Of a stretch of 64,000 nucleotides of DNA, positions 20,638 to 31,028 are shown piece after piece (position 1 is the stretch's first letter; each line of letters starts with the position of its first letter). The DNA is taken from positions 256,001 through 320,000 of the forward strand of contig CAVVUN010000003.1 of NCBI GenBank assembly GCA_963751455.1, in the 5' to 3' direction. The notes under the pieces are model-generated. The model saw only the letters and a program-made list of their open reading frames with translations, had not been told where the DNA came from and ran no database searches. A program made the translations under genes and the position numbers. This DNA is from Nitrospirota bacterium. Its GTDB lineage: Bacteria; Nitrospirota; UBA9217.

Positions 20638-20834
20638 TTTATAGTTTATAGTTTTTAGTTGGTAGTTTCTTGATCACACCAGAACCTCTTAGGGTCACCC
20701 ATATGAAGAGTCCGCCAGTACTCTACCACATTACTTCCCGCCGCGACGAGGGGAAGCTCGTTTTAAAGCGATCGAACCCGTATGGATTTCCTCACCCTCC
20801 AGCACATCAAACATCTGAGGGTCACCCATATGAA
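20638..20834 (+). repeat. 3' part of Y copy 4 followed by two direct X copies
   Basis: TTTATAGTTTATAGTTTTTAGTTGGTAGTTTCTTG; AGGGTCACCCATATGAA at 20691 and 20818. Confidence 0.75.
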
Positions 20835-21102
20835 TTATTAGTTGGATGTCAAAGAACAAAAACTGAAGCTCTTCCTGGATACGACCCAGGTCGAAGAATA
20901 CAAGTATCAACTGCGATGATTTGATCGGATATTTATCACGACATCGCGGCTTCAGCGAATTGAGTCCACGATGTCGTGAGCATTATTTTTGTCCACATGT
21001 CCTGGACGTTGTCAATTAGTCTTTAATGATTGCCGGACTTACCCTGCAACTTTGTGTATTGCTTAATTGCTGAAGAACGAGTATTAAATAAAAAAAGGGA
21101 GG

Positions 21103-21562
21103 ATACGACCTTTGCCGTATTTACAGCAGCAAGATCGTGAAATGGAAGGATCTCGGCGGGAAGGACGAAAAGATCCTGGCTCTTACCAAGGTGGAAACGG
21201 ACACCGTAAAAGCGACGATCCGAAAGACCGTTCCCTGCTTCAAGGATCTGAAGGAGGCGGCGTCGATCGCAGTCGTTCCTGCTTCGCCGGAGACAGCCGA
21301 GATGTTGAAGTTTTCGCGGTCGATCGGCTTTACCGACATGATTTATGTCCAGGCCTCTCAGGGGAAGATCGCGGCCTTGTCGTTCGATGGAGTCCAGCCG
21401 ACAATCGAAAATATCATGAAGAACAGATACAAGCTTGTGCAGACCTTCGGTCTGGTGACGAAGCAGAATGCCGCCGGACCGGTTAAGGATTTTATCAAGT
21501 TCATACGCGGGCCGAAGGGGTCCGCACTGATCAAGTCGCATTTCGCAATACCGGCATCTTAG
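21103..21562 (+). pseudogene. C-terminal fragment of a PstS-like substrate-binding protein
   Basis: IYSSKIVKWKDLGG…LSFDGVQPTIENI…Y…DFIKFIRGPKG; no N-terminal half. Confidence 0.75.
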
Positions 21563-21594
21563 GACTGAAAAAGTATTTTGCGTGGTTCGACAAG

Positions 21595-21674
21595 AGGGCA
21601 CCGTCATCTTGAAGCGGTTTCCGGTTTTTAATTCTTAGTTTCAGATTCGAAAAAGCTCTCCTCGCGGGCCTTTC
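21595..21674 (+). repeat. Y repeat copy 5
   Basis: GGGCACCGTCATCTTGAAGCGGTTTCCGGTTTTTAATTCTTAGTTTCAGATTCGAAAAAGCTCTCCTCGCGGGCCTTTC. Confidence 0.7.
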
Positions 21675-21971
21675 AGCTCTTCCTTTCAGCTCTTATTGTA
21701 AAAGCAAATCTCTTGTAATACCTGAATAATCCCGCTTCCACTCCTAATACTTGCAAAAAATTGATTCTTGTTGTAGTATTCTACGGGGTTGTTGAACACA
21801 TCCTTTCTGGCCATACATCTCACCTCATTCAGAAAACAATCAAGATCATCAGGTTCGAGAGCAATAAATAGAAACCCTGTTTATGGCGCGATCGAAAACC
21901 CGCTTTGCGCAGCCCGCTCATGATCCGGAATCCGCGCACACAAGGGGACCTTTGATCAGGATGAGTCAGTA

Positions 21972-24900
21972 TTGAAATTCATTCCACTGCTGTTGTTTGG
22001 TCTGCTTTCTGTTCTCCCTGTCCATGCGGCTGAAATGTCGGATCTCGAGGTCCGGACCGCGCACGATTGGGTGACTAATTCCTTCGAAATCCCGGGACAA
22101 GAGCCGTTTTCATTCAACTACAACGGGAGGACCTCCTCTCGATTTCTGGGTTCGTGGAGGGTCTCGCAATCGAAAACCACGCTCGACTCCCGGCGCGTCC
22201 GGCACGACATTCGGTATCGGGATGCGGCAAGCGGCCTGGAAATCCTGGTCGAAGCTGTCGAATATAGAGACTTCGCCGCCGTCGAGTGGGTGCTCAGGTT
22301 CAGGAATACCGGCTCAAAAGACACTTCGATCCTCCGTAATATCTGGCCGATCGACACATCGATGGGCGCTGCCGCGGGCCCGGGAGACTATCTTCTCGGC
22401 TATGCTGCCGGAAGCGCCGCCAAAGAGAGCGACTTTCAGCCGAAAAACGCGCTTATCGCGCCCGGTAGTTCAATAACCTTGAAGCCGTTCGGCGGACGTT
22501 CCTCGGGCGGCGGAACCACGCGCGGACCGCAAGAGGGCGTCCTTCCGTTCTTCAACATCGCATACCCGGGCGGAGACGGGTTCGCCGCAGCTATCGGGTG
22601 GACAGGACAGTGGAACGCAACATTCTCGCGTGCCGCTGGTCCCGCCCTCCGGGTGAATGCCGGAATGGAACGTGTGAATCTGCGGCTGCATCCGGGAGAG
22701 GAAATACGCACTCCCTCCGTGCTTTTGCTATTCTGGACCGGCAACGACAGCACGCGCGGCCGGACATTCCTCCGCCGCCTGCTGCTGGCGCACTATACTC
22801 CCCGGACAGGAGGCGAACTGCAAGCCGCTCCCGTGGCTGCTTCACCGAACGGAACCATCCCGATGGAAGCAGTGAGTGAAACAAACATGAAGCAGGCGAT
22901 TGCAAATATCGCGGCTCATCCGCTGCCGCTCGACACGTGGTGGGTGGATGCCGGGTGGTATGCCGGGAAAAATATTCCCTGGTGCGACCCGGCCCATCTG
23001 GGCTCCGCGGATTTCAACGGCGATGGCACGCTTGATCTCCTTTGCAGCACCGAGGACGGTAAACATCTCGTCGCCCTTTCCGGGGGCGACGGCAGCTTTG
23101 CAGCAATACAACCGTGGCCGGCTGCAGGCGCCTGGTGCGATCCGGCGCATCTTTCCACGGGTGACTTCAACGCTGACGGCAGAGCCGACCTGATCTGCAG
23201 CGGCGAGGACGGCATGCATGCTATTGCCTTCTCGGAGGGCAACGGCGCGTTTTCGTCGCCGGGGTGGTGGCAGCAGGCGTGGTGCGAACCGCGGAGCCTG
23301 GACATGGCCGACTTCAACGGCGATCGCAAGCTTGACCTCATTTGCAACGCGGACGGCGGCATACACTTCGTCGCCCTTTCCAAGGGCGACGGCAGCTTTG
23401 CGCCAATGCCGGCGTGGCCTGCCGGCGGCGCATGGTGCGATCCAAAGCATCTCGCGATGGGTGACTTCAACGGCGACAATAAAGCCGACCTGATCTGCAG
23501 CGCTGAAGACGGCAGGCACATTATTGCCTTCTCGGACGGAAACGGCGCGTTTTCCTCGCCGGGTTGGTGGCAGCAGGCGTGGTGCGAACCGCGGAGCCTG
23601 GACATGGCCGACTTCAACGGCGATCGCAAGCTTGACCTCATTTGCAATGCCGACGACGGCAAACACCTCGTCGCCCTTTCTCAAGGCGACGGCAGCTTTG
23701 CGCCGATGCCGGCGTGGCCTGCGAGGAGCGCCTGGTGCGATCCAAAGCATCTCGCGACGGGTGACTTTAACGGCGACCATAAAACAGACCTGATCTGCAG
23801 CGCCGAAGACGGCAGGCACATTATTGCCTTCTCGGAAGGCAACGGCTCGTTTTCCTCTTCGGAATGGTCGCATGACGCCTGGTGCGATCCGGCACATCTC
23901 AGAATAGGCGATTACAGCGGAGCGGGAAAAACCGGATTAAGTTGCCACTCGGACGACGGAAGGCACATCGTGGCATTCTCGAACGGGCTCGGCGGCTTTA
24001 TTTCGCCGGGCTGGTGGACCAACTCGAACTGGGCTGAAAATGTCGGGAACTTCGATCCCGACCCGGTCAGGTTCCCGCATGGGCTGAAACCCGTGGCAGA
24101 CGCAGCGCACGCAAAAGGGCTCAAGTTCCTTTTATGGTTTGAGCCGGAGCGCGCCATGCCGGGCACCTGGATGTACGACAATCATTTCGACTGGCTTATC
24201 CCTCCTCCCGGCAACTTGCCCGATGACGTAAACTACTTGTACAGGGACGGATTTCACCTGGTAAATTTAGGACTGCCTGAGGCGCGTGAGCTGCTGCGCC
24301 GGAAGGTGTCGGCCATGATCGCCGACATAGGGATCGACATCTATCGTCACGATTTCAATATGTATCCGCTCTATTACTGGCGCAGTCAGGATGAGCGCGA
24401 CCGGCAGGGCATGACGGAAATACGGTATGTCACGGGACCCTATGCGTTTCTCGACGGGCTCAGGCAGGATCATCCGGACCTCGTGATCGACAACTGCGCC
24501 TCGGGAGGGCGCAGGATTGATTTCGAAATGCTGCGGAGAGGGTTTGTGCTGACGAGGAGCGACTACTTGTGGGAGCCTGCGGGGCAGCAGAACCATACGT
24601 ACGGGCTTTCCGAATGGGTACCCATATCAGGAATCGGAGCGGCGAGCAACGACGCATACAGCGTGCGGAGCGGAATGGGCTACCATGGAGTCTTCGCATT
24701 CGACTACTTCTCCGTTGATCCCTCGTATTGGCTGCAAAGCAACAGGGTCTTGACCGAGATGACTTCCATGCGGGACCTTTTCCTGGGGGATTTCACGCCC
24801 CTTACGCCGACGGACAATGACAATTCCCGCTGCATTGCCTGGCAGTTCCATCGGCAGGATTCGGGCCGCGGATTGGTGCAGGCATTTCGGCGTGAGGGAT

Positions 24901-25094
24901 GCCTGACAGGAGCGATGACGGTCCGTTTGACCGGGTTGTTGCGATCGCGTGAGTACCAGGTAATCGATCTGGATGATGACATGCCGCGGCAGATGAGCGG
25001 CGACGAACTGATGGACCAGGGTCTGACGATCCCGTTTCCGTTGACAGGCGGGACCGCGGCCAGGGTCATTACTTTCACGCTGCAGAAACACTAG
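21972..25094 (+). CDS. Secreted GH36-type alpha-galactosidase with an inserted FG-GAP/VCBS repeat block
   Basis: WVDAGWY, RFPHGLKP, LWFEPE, YRHDFN, IDNCASGGRRID motifs; seven DFNGDxxxDL-type repeats; signal peptide. Confidence 0.85.
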   Translation: MKFIPLLLFGLLSVLPVHAAEMSDLEVRTAHDWVTNSFEIPGQEPFSFNYNGRTSSRFLGSWRVSQSKTTLDSRRVRHDIRYRDAASGLEILVEAVEYRDFAAVEWVLRFRNTGSKDTSILRNIWPIDTSMGAAAGPGDYLLGYAAGSAAKESDFQPKNALIAPGSSITLKPFGGRSSGGGTTRGPQEGVLPFFNIAYPGGDGFAAAIGWTGQWNATFSRAAGPALRVNAGMERVNLRLHPGEEIRTPSVLLLFWTGNDSTRGRTFLRRLLLAHYTPRTGGELQAAPVAASPNGTIPMEAVSETNMKQAIANIAAHPLPLDTWWVDAGWYAGKNIPWCDPAHLGSADFNGDGTLDLLCSTEDGKHLVALSGGDGSFAAIQPWPAAGAWCDPAHLSTGDFNADGRADLICSGEDGMHAIAFSEGNGAFSSPGWWQQAWCEPRSLDMADFNGDRKLDLICNADGGIHFVALSKGDGSFAPMPAWPAGGAWCDPKHLAMGDFNGDNKADLICSAEDGRHIIAFSDGNGAFSSPGWWQQAWCEPRSLDMADFNGDRKLDLICNADDGKHLVALSQGDGSFAPMPAWPARSAWCDPKHLATGDFNGDHKTDLICSAEDGRHIIAFSEGNGSFSSSEWSHDAWCDPAHLRIGDYSGAGKTGLSCHSDDGRHIVAFSNGLGGFISPGWWTNSNWAENVGNFDPDPVRFPHGLKPVADAAHAKGLKFLLWFEPERAMPGTWMYDNHFDWLIPPPGNLPDDVNYLYRDGFHLVNLGLPEARELLRRKVSAMIADIGIDIYRHDFNMYPLYYWRSQDERDRQGMTEIRYVTGPYAFLDGLRQDHPDLVIDNCASGGRRIDFEMLRRGFVLTRSDYLWEPAGQQNHTYGLSEWVPISGIGAASNDAYSVRSGMGYHGVFAFDYFSVDPSYWLQSNRVLTEMTSMRDLFLGDFTPLTPTDNDNSRCIAWQFHRQDSGRGLVQAFRREGCLTGAMTVRLTGLLRSREYQVIDLDDDMPRQMSGDELMDQGLTIPFPLTGGTAARVITFTLQKH

Positions 25095-25355
25095 GTCAAA
25101 ATAAATTAAGAAGTGAAAATTAGGAAGTAAAAAACTGATTCGTAATTCTTCCTTAGTTCCTTCTCCTTGTTTTTAGCTTGATCTTGTTATTGCCTTTCCA
25201 GAACCCCTGCATCCCGCCTGCACCCAACGACTTCCATTGCTGATTTCGGATTGCGGATTTAGCACAGCTGTCGCAGCCGAGCTGCCCGGGGGGTTGGGAA
25301 AACCTCAAGCCACAGCAGATGCAAAGCTGCATCTCACAATACGATAGAACTTCGT

Positions 25356-25388
25356 AAAAAAGGCCCGGGAACCAATCCCGGGCCTTTT
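25356..25388. terminator. Intrinsic terminator between convergent genes
   Basis: AAAAAAGGCCCGGGA-ACCAA-TCCCGGGCCTTTT. Confidence 0.8.
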
Positions 25389-25419
25389 ATCATGCATGCA
25401 TTCCTTCTGACTTTTAGAA

Positions 25420-26967
25420 TCAATTGTAGTGGAAGAAATACCCGAAGCCGCCGGTTTCATAGAAGCCCATAAGACCGGTATTGGTCTCCGGGTGAGAGGG
25501 ATTCTGATAGTACCAGTCCTTATTCTGAGGATCGGCCTGGCAACTCGATGCGAACCTCGGGTCTGCCGGGTTAAAGCTGGTCTCTACGGTCGGATCGATG
25601 TACATATCACAGGTGCGGCGTGAACCATTGTACGTGACATCGAACTTCGCTTCTATACTCTGAACAAAGTGTTTCAAGACCTTCAGGTCCGCTGTTGCCA
25701 GCGGGGTATAGACGCCGTTGTCATAGAAAAACCATGCGACATCGACTGACGTGATCTTATTGCCGGCGTCTTTGTTGATCCTGTATGCCGGTACGAATCC
25801 CTTGAGCTGGCCTGTCGGGGTGATCGGCGGATTGATGTTCGCGACGTCGAACGCGGCCTTGACGACCCCGTTTTCCTTCCATTCCCAGAAGCCGGACGGA
25901 ATTGTTCCTGAAGTGAATGAGGCCAGCACGCTGTAGGTGATATGATCATAGCCGTTGCTGGCATAAAGGTCCGAGCCGGTTGTTTCCTGGCCGTTGTTCA
26001 CGGGATTGCATCCGGCGCCGCTGTTCTTGATCGGATTCGCATAGCTGTAGGTATTCATACCCATGGTTATGGTACCGGCTGACGCGGGCGGGTGCAGCGC
26101 TACGATGCCCGCATTGTAGCAGATTTGTGCCATGGTCACGCTGTCAACGTTCTGGTCGAGCTGGAAATTCATGCCCGTATAGGTAAGGGAAGGGGCCACA
26201 GTGAGTGCTCCAGCGCCCACAAGCGCTGAGAGGCTGCCGGTCCATGCAAAGTCAGGCCGGAGCTGGTACCATTTGCCTGCGCCGTTGTTGAACTGCCCAT
26301 AGTTGTTCACGATGTTCATCGCGTTCCGGAAGAACTTGTCCGTCTTCGCCATTGCCGTGATCTGCGTTGCCGAAAGGCTGAAATCCGCGGTGCCCACTGT
26401 TCTGCTGGTGAGCGCGTCGGTGGTCGTGGCAGACGGCCGGGAAATTGTGCCGAGGTCGATCGTTGCCAATGTAGAATCCGTGGCCGGGAAATTCAGCAGA
26501 TTGTTGGACGAGCCCGCGTTAAGGGCAAGGGAACCCACGAAGCGGCCGGTGCCGGTCGCGCTTGAATCGATCAGCATGAGGAGCCAGTCGCTGTCCTTGG
26601 CCAGGGAAAGATTGAATGTCCCGGCCGAGGGGTCAATTGTCGCGGATTGGCTTAATGCCATGGAATCGGCCCTGAGCGACCCGCTATTGATCGGAATCGC
26701 CGTCACTTTGTCGATTGTGGGGTCTCCCGAGGCCGCAACGGCCGGAGAAGCAAAGCCCAGGTAGGTAAATAAGCGAGCATAAAAAAGCGAAGAGGGTTTC
26801 GCGGCGATCTGGTAATTTCCCGATGAAGAACTGATCGTGCCGGAGAGCTGAACGTTACCCGCATTGCTGGTGCCGCCGTTGCCTCCTCCCCCTCCACCAC
26901 CACTGCAGGCGCCAATGAGCAACGATAAACTGATAACGATCATTGCAAATTTTTTCATACCTTTCAT
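25420..26967 (-). CDS. Hypothetical lipoprotein
   Basis: Lipobox IGAC, poly-Gly linker, SD AAGGAGG. Confidence 0.85.
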   Translation of the reverse strand: MKGMKKFAMIVISLSLLIGACSGGGGGGGNGGTSNAGNVQLSGTISSSSGNYQIAAKPSSLFYARLFTYLGFASPAVAASGDPTIDKVTAIPINSGSLRADSMALSQSATIDPSAGTFNLSLAKDSDWLLMLIDSSATGTGRFVGSLALNAGSSNNLLNFPATDSTLATIDLGTISRPSATTTDALTSRTVGTADFSLSATQITAMAKTDKFFRNAMNIVNNYGQFNNGAGKWYQLRPDFAWTGSLSALVGAGALTVAPSLTYTGMNFQLDQNVDSVTMAQICYNAGIVALHPPASAGTITMGMNTYSYANPIKNSGAGCNPVNNGQETTGSDLYASNGYDHITYSVLASFTSGTIPSGFWEWKENGVVKAAFDVANINPPITPTGQLKGFVPAYRINKDAGNKITSVDVAWFFYDNGVYTPLATADLKVLKHFVQSIEAKFDVTYNGSRRTCDMYIDPTVETSFNPADPRFASSCQADPQNKDWYYQNPSHPETNTGLMGFYETGGFGYFFHYN

Positions 26968-27241
26968 AACTTCCTCCTTATTGTCATCGCCAGGCTTCTT
27001 TGCTTATGAGTGCCCGGAGCCCTTCTTGAACATATTGCCTGTATTATACATCTGAAGTATTACCACTTGGAAGAACAAATAGCAAGGGGGCAACAAGGAC
27101 ATTATCGAGACACTATTGAAATCTTCTTATTTAGTCTTGGCCTAATAAATACGGCGGACTCTCATCCGCCGTATTTAGCCATTGAAGCAAGCTGTAAACT
27201 GTATGTCCCCGCTGCAGATATTTTACTTTGAAAGCTGAGCG

Positions 27242-27911
27242 TTAAAAGAGAATCCCGGTCACTATAGTGTCTAGAATCGGAGTGCCGCTTGTGCTTAAGC
27301 TGCCGACCGCGGCATCACCTGCTTCCAAGAGGTACGTGGTATAAGACACATTGGCAATTTCAGCAGAGAGCAATGAAGCGTCGGCCGGGAGTTCCGGAAT
27401 AAGCTCAGCGGGAACGAGCGACTTCATGCTTGACCAATTATAGCCTGTTATTTTGCCCTTCGGATTAAGGCGTCCGTTCGTTACGGTCGGTTCTGTTACC
27501 GCGGTCATTCCTTCTGAACCGTTGAAAATATGGGTGACGGTTACCGTGGTCGACTTGCCTTTCCAGAGAGCACTATTCTGGCTCGCATTATCACATTTTT
27601 TCTTATTATTTATATAATAGGTGTTGTCGGTACAGGCGCCGGGCTCATTCAACCTCCGTTGTTTCCGTCGTTGAGTACTGATATGCGACAGTGTAAGTTA
27701 TTTCTACGACAACCTGCTTGCCGCTTCGGATCGCGCCGTGATTGACCGTGCCTGCTACCGCGGCATCACCCCCATCTGCAGTGCCGGGGTTTAAATACGT
27801 AGCGCTTACGACTTTGAAATCTCCGGTCACATCTGCGAACACCGGGCTTGCTATTGCTGTGAATGACAGAACTAAACCGATTAAGCCCAGTACCAATGCA
27901 AAGTTCTTCAT
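27242..27911 (-). pseudogene. Secreted hypothetical protein, apparently split by a frameshift near 27650
   Basis: 27645-27911 has an SD and signal peptide; the overlapping 27242-27652 ORF has no properly spaced SD and similar composition. Confidence 0.5.
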
Positions 27912-28251
27912 TTTATAGCCTCCTTTTCGGTTATAAAGAGTATCAGAAAGTTTTTATTCCGTTTAAACTATGAATGCTTTTATTCAACGTATATACATTC
28001 TCTGCGGGCCGATCACCTCCCTAACCCGGAATCTCGCTCGCTTGATCCGTTGGTTTTTTTTCGAAGATCTCTTTTAAGAAAGCAAAATAAATACCATTTC
28101 CAGCATTTTGAAATTGCGGCAATTTTGGGCACATAATTGTCGCGGCTGCTGTTCCGTAAGCAAAATTGGCGTAGAAAAGTGTTACGGATGTTTCTTTTGG
28201 ATACAACTTTGATGTGAAAGGAACGACTCTGGGACAGCTCTTTCTTTACCC

Positions 28252-28279
28252 TTGACAAACCCTCTCTCCGGCATATAAT
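28252..28279 (+). promoter_or_regulatory. Sigma70 promoter, probably giving a near-leaderless mRNA
   Basis: TTGACA-16 bp-TATAAT ending 8 nt before ATG 28288. Confidence 0.65.
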
Positions 28280-28287
28280 CCCTCACC

Positions 28288-29841
28288 ATGTCCCAACCCG
28301 TTCCAGATGCAGTCATATCCTCCCGCGAGATCCGGACCGTATTCGGCGGCCTGATGCTCGCCCTAGCACTGGCCTCGCTGGACCAGAATATCGTCGGAAT
28401 TGCGCTGCCTGTGATCGTCTCGGACCTGGGCGGCCTTGGCCACCTCTCCTGGGTGGTCACCGCCTTTCTCGTCACCTCAACGGCAACGACGCCGCTCTAC
28501 GGCAAGCTCTCCGATATGTACGGCCGGAAGCCTCTCTTCATCGCCGCAATCCTGATCTTTCTTGCGGGCTCCAGCTTCTGCGGACTGTCAACGTCTATGA
28601 CGCAGCTGATCGTTTTTCGCGGGATCCAGGGGCTTGGCGCAGGGGGCCTGATCACGCTGGCCCAGACAACCATTGCGGACCTCGTCCCGCCCCGGGAACG
28701 CGGCCGCTACCAGGGACTCTTCGGCGCGGTCTTCGGCTTCTCAAGCGTGGCAGGTCCGCTGCTCGGCGGCTTCATCACGGATATCCTGTCCTGGAGATGG
28801 ATCTTCTATATCAACCTGCCCGTGGGAATGCTCGCACTGGCGCTCATATGGTTCGGGTTCCACCGGCCGCATCACGTTGTGACGCACTCGATCGATTATG
28901 CCGGCGCGTTCCTGCTGACCTCGGCGACGGTCTGCATGCTCATGGTACTGACCTGGGGCGGCGTGCACTACGGCTGGACGTCGCCGGTCATCGCGGGGCT
29001 TTCCACGACAGTATGCGTGCTGATCGTCCTTCTCGTGGTGGTGGAGCGCCGCTCTCCGGAACCGGTGCTCTCTCCGCATATTTTTCACAACAAGGTGTTC
29101 GTGATTTCAACAGGCGTCATGAGCCTTACCTTCATGGGGATCTTCAGCGCGTCCCTGTTCCTTCCGCTCTTTTTTCAGCTGGTCCTCGGCATGGCGCCCG
29201 CGAAGGCAGGGCTTATGCTGGCGCCGATGACAGGCGGCATGATCCTCACTTCCTTCCTCGGCGGAAGGCAGGTCTCGCGGACAGGGAAATATAAGATCTA
29301 TCCCGTTGCAGGCCTGGCAGCGGCAGCCTTGTCCTTCCTTGCGCTCATGGCGCTGGCCCTGGGCGGGGGCGGCATTGTTCTCATCGAAGTATCGCTTATC
29401 GTGCTCGGATGCGGCTTTGGCCTTGTCATGCCGAACCTTGTGGTAGCGCTTCAGAACGCGGTCAGTTCCCGGGAACAGGGCGCAGCCACCGCAACAGGGG
29501 CCTTCTTTCGCTCTCTGGGCGGGACCTTCGGCGCGGCCCTTGCCGGGGCCATCATGACATGGCAGTTGAACGCGCATGCAGGAAAGTGGTCCGGAAGGGA
29601 AATGTTGTCTCTGGCCGAGCAGGGCCTCCGGCAAGTCGCGGCTCTCCCGCAGGAACAGCATGAAGCGGTGCTCGGGGCGTACCGGCATGCGATAAGCATG
29701 ACGTTTTTAACAGGAGCTCTCATAACCCTTGCTGCATTCGTGCTCGTGCTCTTTCTTCCTGAACACCCGCTCAAGACAGCGCACGCCCGGGAAGGCAGAC
29801 GCGGAAATGAGAGGCGACAGGTTGACGGCGAGTCGGAGTGA
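28288..29841 (+). CDS. MFS drug:H+ antiporter (DHA2, EmrB/QacA-like)
   Basis: GKLSDMYGRK motif A, WRWIFYINLP, about 14 TM segments. Confidence 0.95.
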   Translation: MSQPVPDAVISSREIRTVFGGLMLALALASLDQNIVGIALPVIVSDLGGLGHLSWVVTAFLVTSTATTPLYGKLSDMYGRKPLFIAAILIFLAGSSFCGLSTSMTQLIVFRGIQGLGAGGLITLAQTTIADLVPPRERGRYQGLFGAVFGFSSVAGPLLGGFITDILSWRWIFYINLPVGMLALALIWFGFHRPHHVVTHSIDYAGAFLLTSATVCMLMVLTWGGVHYGWTSPVIAGLSTTVCVLIVLLVVVERRSPEPVLSPHIFHNKVFVISTGVMSLTFMGIFSASLFLPLFFQLVLGMAPAKAGLMLAPMTGGMILTSFLGGRQVSRTGKYKIYPVAGLAAAALSFLALMALALGGGGIVLIEVSLIVLGCGFGLVMPNLVVALQNAVSSREQGAATATGAFFRSLGGTFGAALAGAIMTWQLNAHAGKWSGREMLSLAEQGLRQVAALPQEQHEAVLGAYRHAISMTFLTGALITLAAFVLVLFLPEHPLKTAHAREGRRGNERRQVDGESE

Positions 29842-30026
29842 AAAACATCTGATTTCGATATCCGATTCAGCCGATATTTTTCCCGCCGGACCTTTCAGCT
29901 ATCCCCATCATTACTACAGGTCTTATCCGGCCTCGGCACGTACGCTTGCCTTTCATTCAACCTTTTCCGATTACAGTTGTCTCATAAACAAGGAAGATTT
30001 CATTCATACCAAGGAGGAATACTACA

Positions 30027-30368
30027 ATGAGAGTTTTTGTAAACACGTTCCTGGCCACATTGTTTCTCGCAGCACTTATTCAGACCGGCTTTGCCCAAAC
30101 CTATCCAGACAGCGGATTGGGCCCCGCAATACAGGAAGGCGGCGGAAAAGAGATCACCCCGCAGCAGTTCAGCGAGATGAAGACGCGAATCCTTACAATG
30201 ATCGAGGAACGAAGGAAGAGACTCGACCAGGAAAAGTCCTGCGTGGAAGCGGCAACGAACGCGGACGAGCTGAGAAAATGCAGGCAAGAGCGTCCGATGG
30301 GAGGGCAATTCCAGGGCGGTCCCGGCCAACAGCGGCCTCCGAGGGGCGGCATGGGCGAGGGTCGGTAG
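30027..30368 (+). CDS. Hypothetical secreted protein
   Basis: SD AAGGAGG, signal peptide, helical Cys pair. Confidence 0.75.
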   Translation: MRVFVNTFLATLFLAALIQTGFAQTYPDSGLGPAIQEGGGKEITPQQFSEMKTRILTMIEERRKRLDQEKSCVEAATNADELRKCRQERPMGGQFQGGPGQQRPPRGGMGEGR

Positions 30369-30380
30369 TCATCTTCAATC

Positions 30381-30412
30381 AAAAAAGCCGGCAGATGATT
30401 CTGCCGGCTTTT
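30381..30412 (+). terminator. Intrinsic terminator
   Basis: AAAAGCCGGCAGA-TGAT-TCTGCCGGCTTTT. Confidence 0.8.
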
Positions 30413-30433
30413 GCATTCCAAGATCATCCATTT

Positions 30434-30565
30434 ACAGGCTGTTGAAAAAGGTCTCAAAACGTCAAAACGCACCCTAAAGGGTGCGGCTACCAATTATAAA
30501 ATCAATGCGTTACGATTTGGTAGTCGCAGGCTTTAGCCTGCGTAATTAGTTTTTCAACAGCCTGT
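30434..30565. mobile_element. MITE with 15-bp TIRs enclosing an inverted pair of GTAG-type REP hairpins
   Basis: ACAGGCTGTTGAAAA / TTTTCAACAGCCTGT; internal CGCACCCTAAAGGGTGCGGCTAC and GTAGTCGCAGGCTTTAGCCTGCG. Confidence 0.75.
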
Positions 30566-30569
30566 TTTA

Positions 30570-30646
30570 AAGGTCACCTCAAGGTACATGATACAGTTTG
30601 AAGTTTTTAGTTGTTAGTTCAAAACACGAAAATTTTTCCCCGAGCC
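30570..30646 (+). repeat. Y repeat copy 6
   Basis: AGGTCACCTCAAGGTACATGATACAGTTTGAAGTTTTTAGTTGTTAGTTCAAAACACGAAAA…CGAGCC. Confidence 0.75.
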
Positions 30647-30892
30647 GGTCTGCTATCTTCACTCAATGGGTGTACAAGACAATTCCCTCGGCATAAGTCG
30701 CCCCTCGCTATGATTGTAAAAATGCAAAAAATAACCATCTCGTAACTTTCTACCCTGTCATCTCAACTCATTTTCTAATTCTAAAGATTGAAAATTTATC
30801 GCGGAGTTGAAATTTAATTTATTCGCGTTATCTTTCAGTAATAGGTACGTGAAAACTCAGACACGAATGCAGCTCTTAAAGGAGAACTGCTT

Positions 30893-30988
30893 ATGGACCC
30901 CCTCAAAGAAGCACGAGGAATGATACATGGAATCCTGCTCGGGGCAATGGCCTGGGGCATTATTTTCCTAATAGCGTCGCTCTTTTGA
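30893..30988 (+). CDS. 31-aa single-TM small protein MDPLKEARGMIHGILLGAMAWGIIFLIASLF
   Basis: SD AAAGGAGA; hydrophobic helix; not in the ORF track. Confidence 0.6.
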   Translation: MDPLKEARGMIHGILLGAMAWGIIFLIASLF

Positions 30989-31028
30989 ACCGCCGGTGAT
31001 GCGTGACACGGATCAGCGTTATCGCTCC

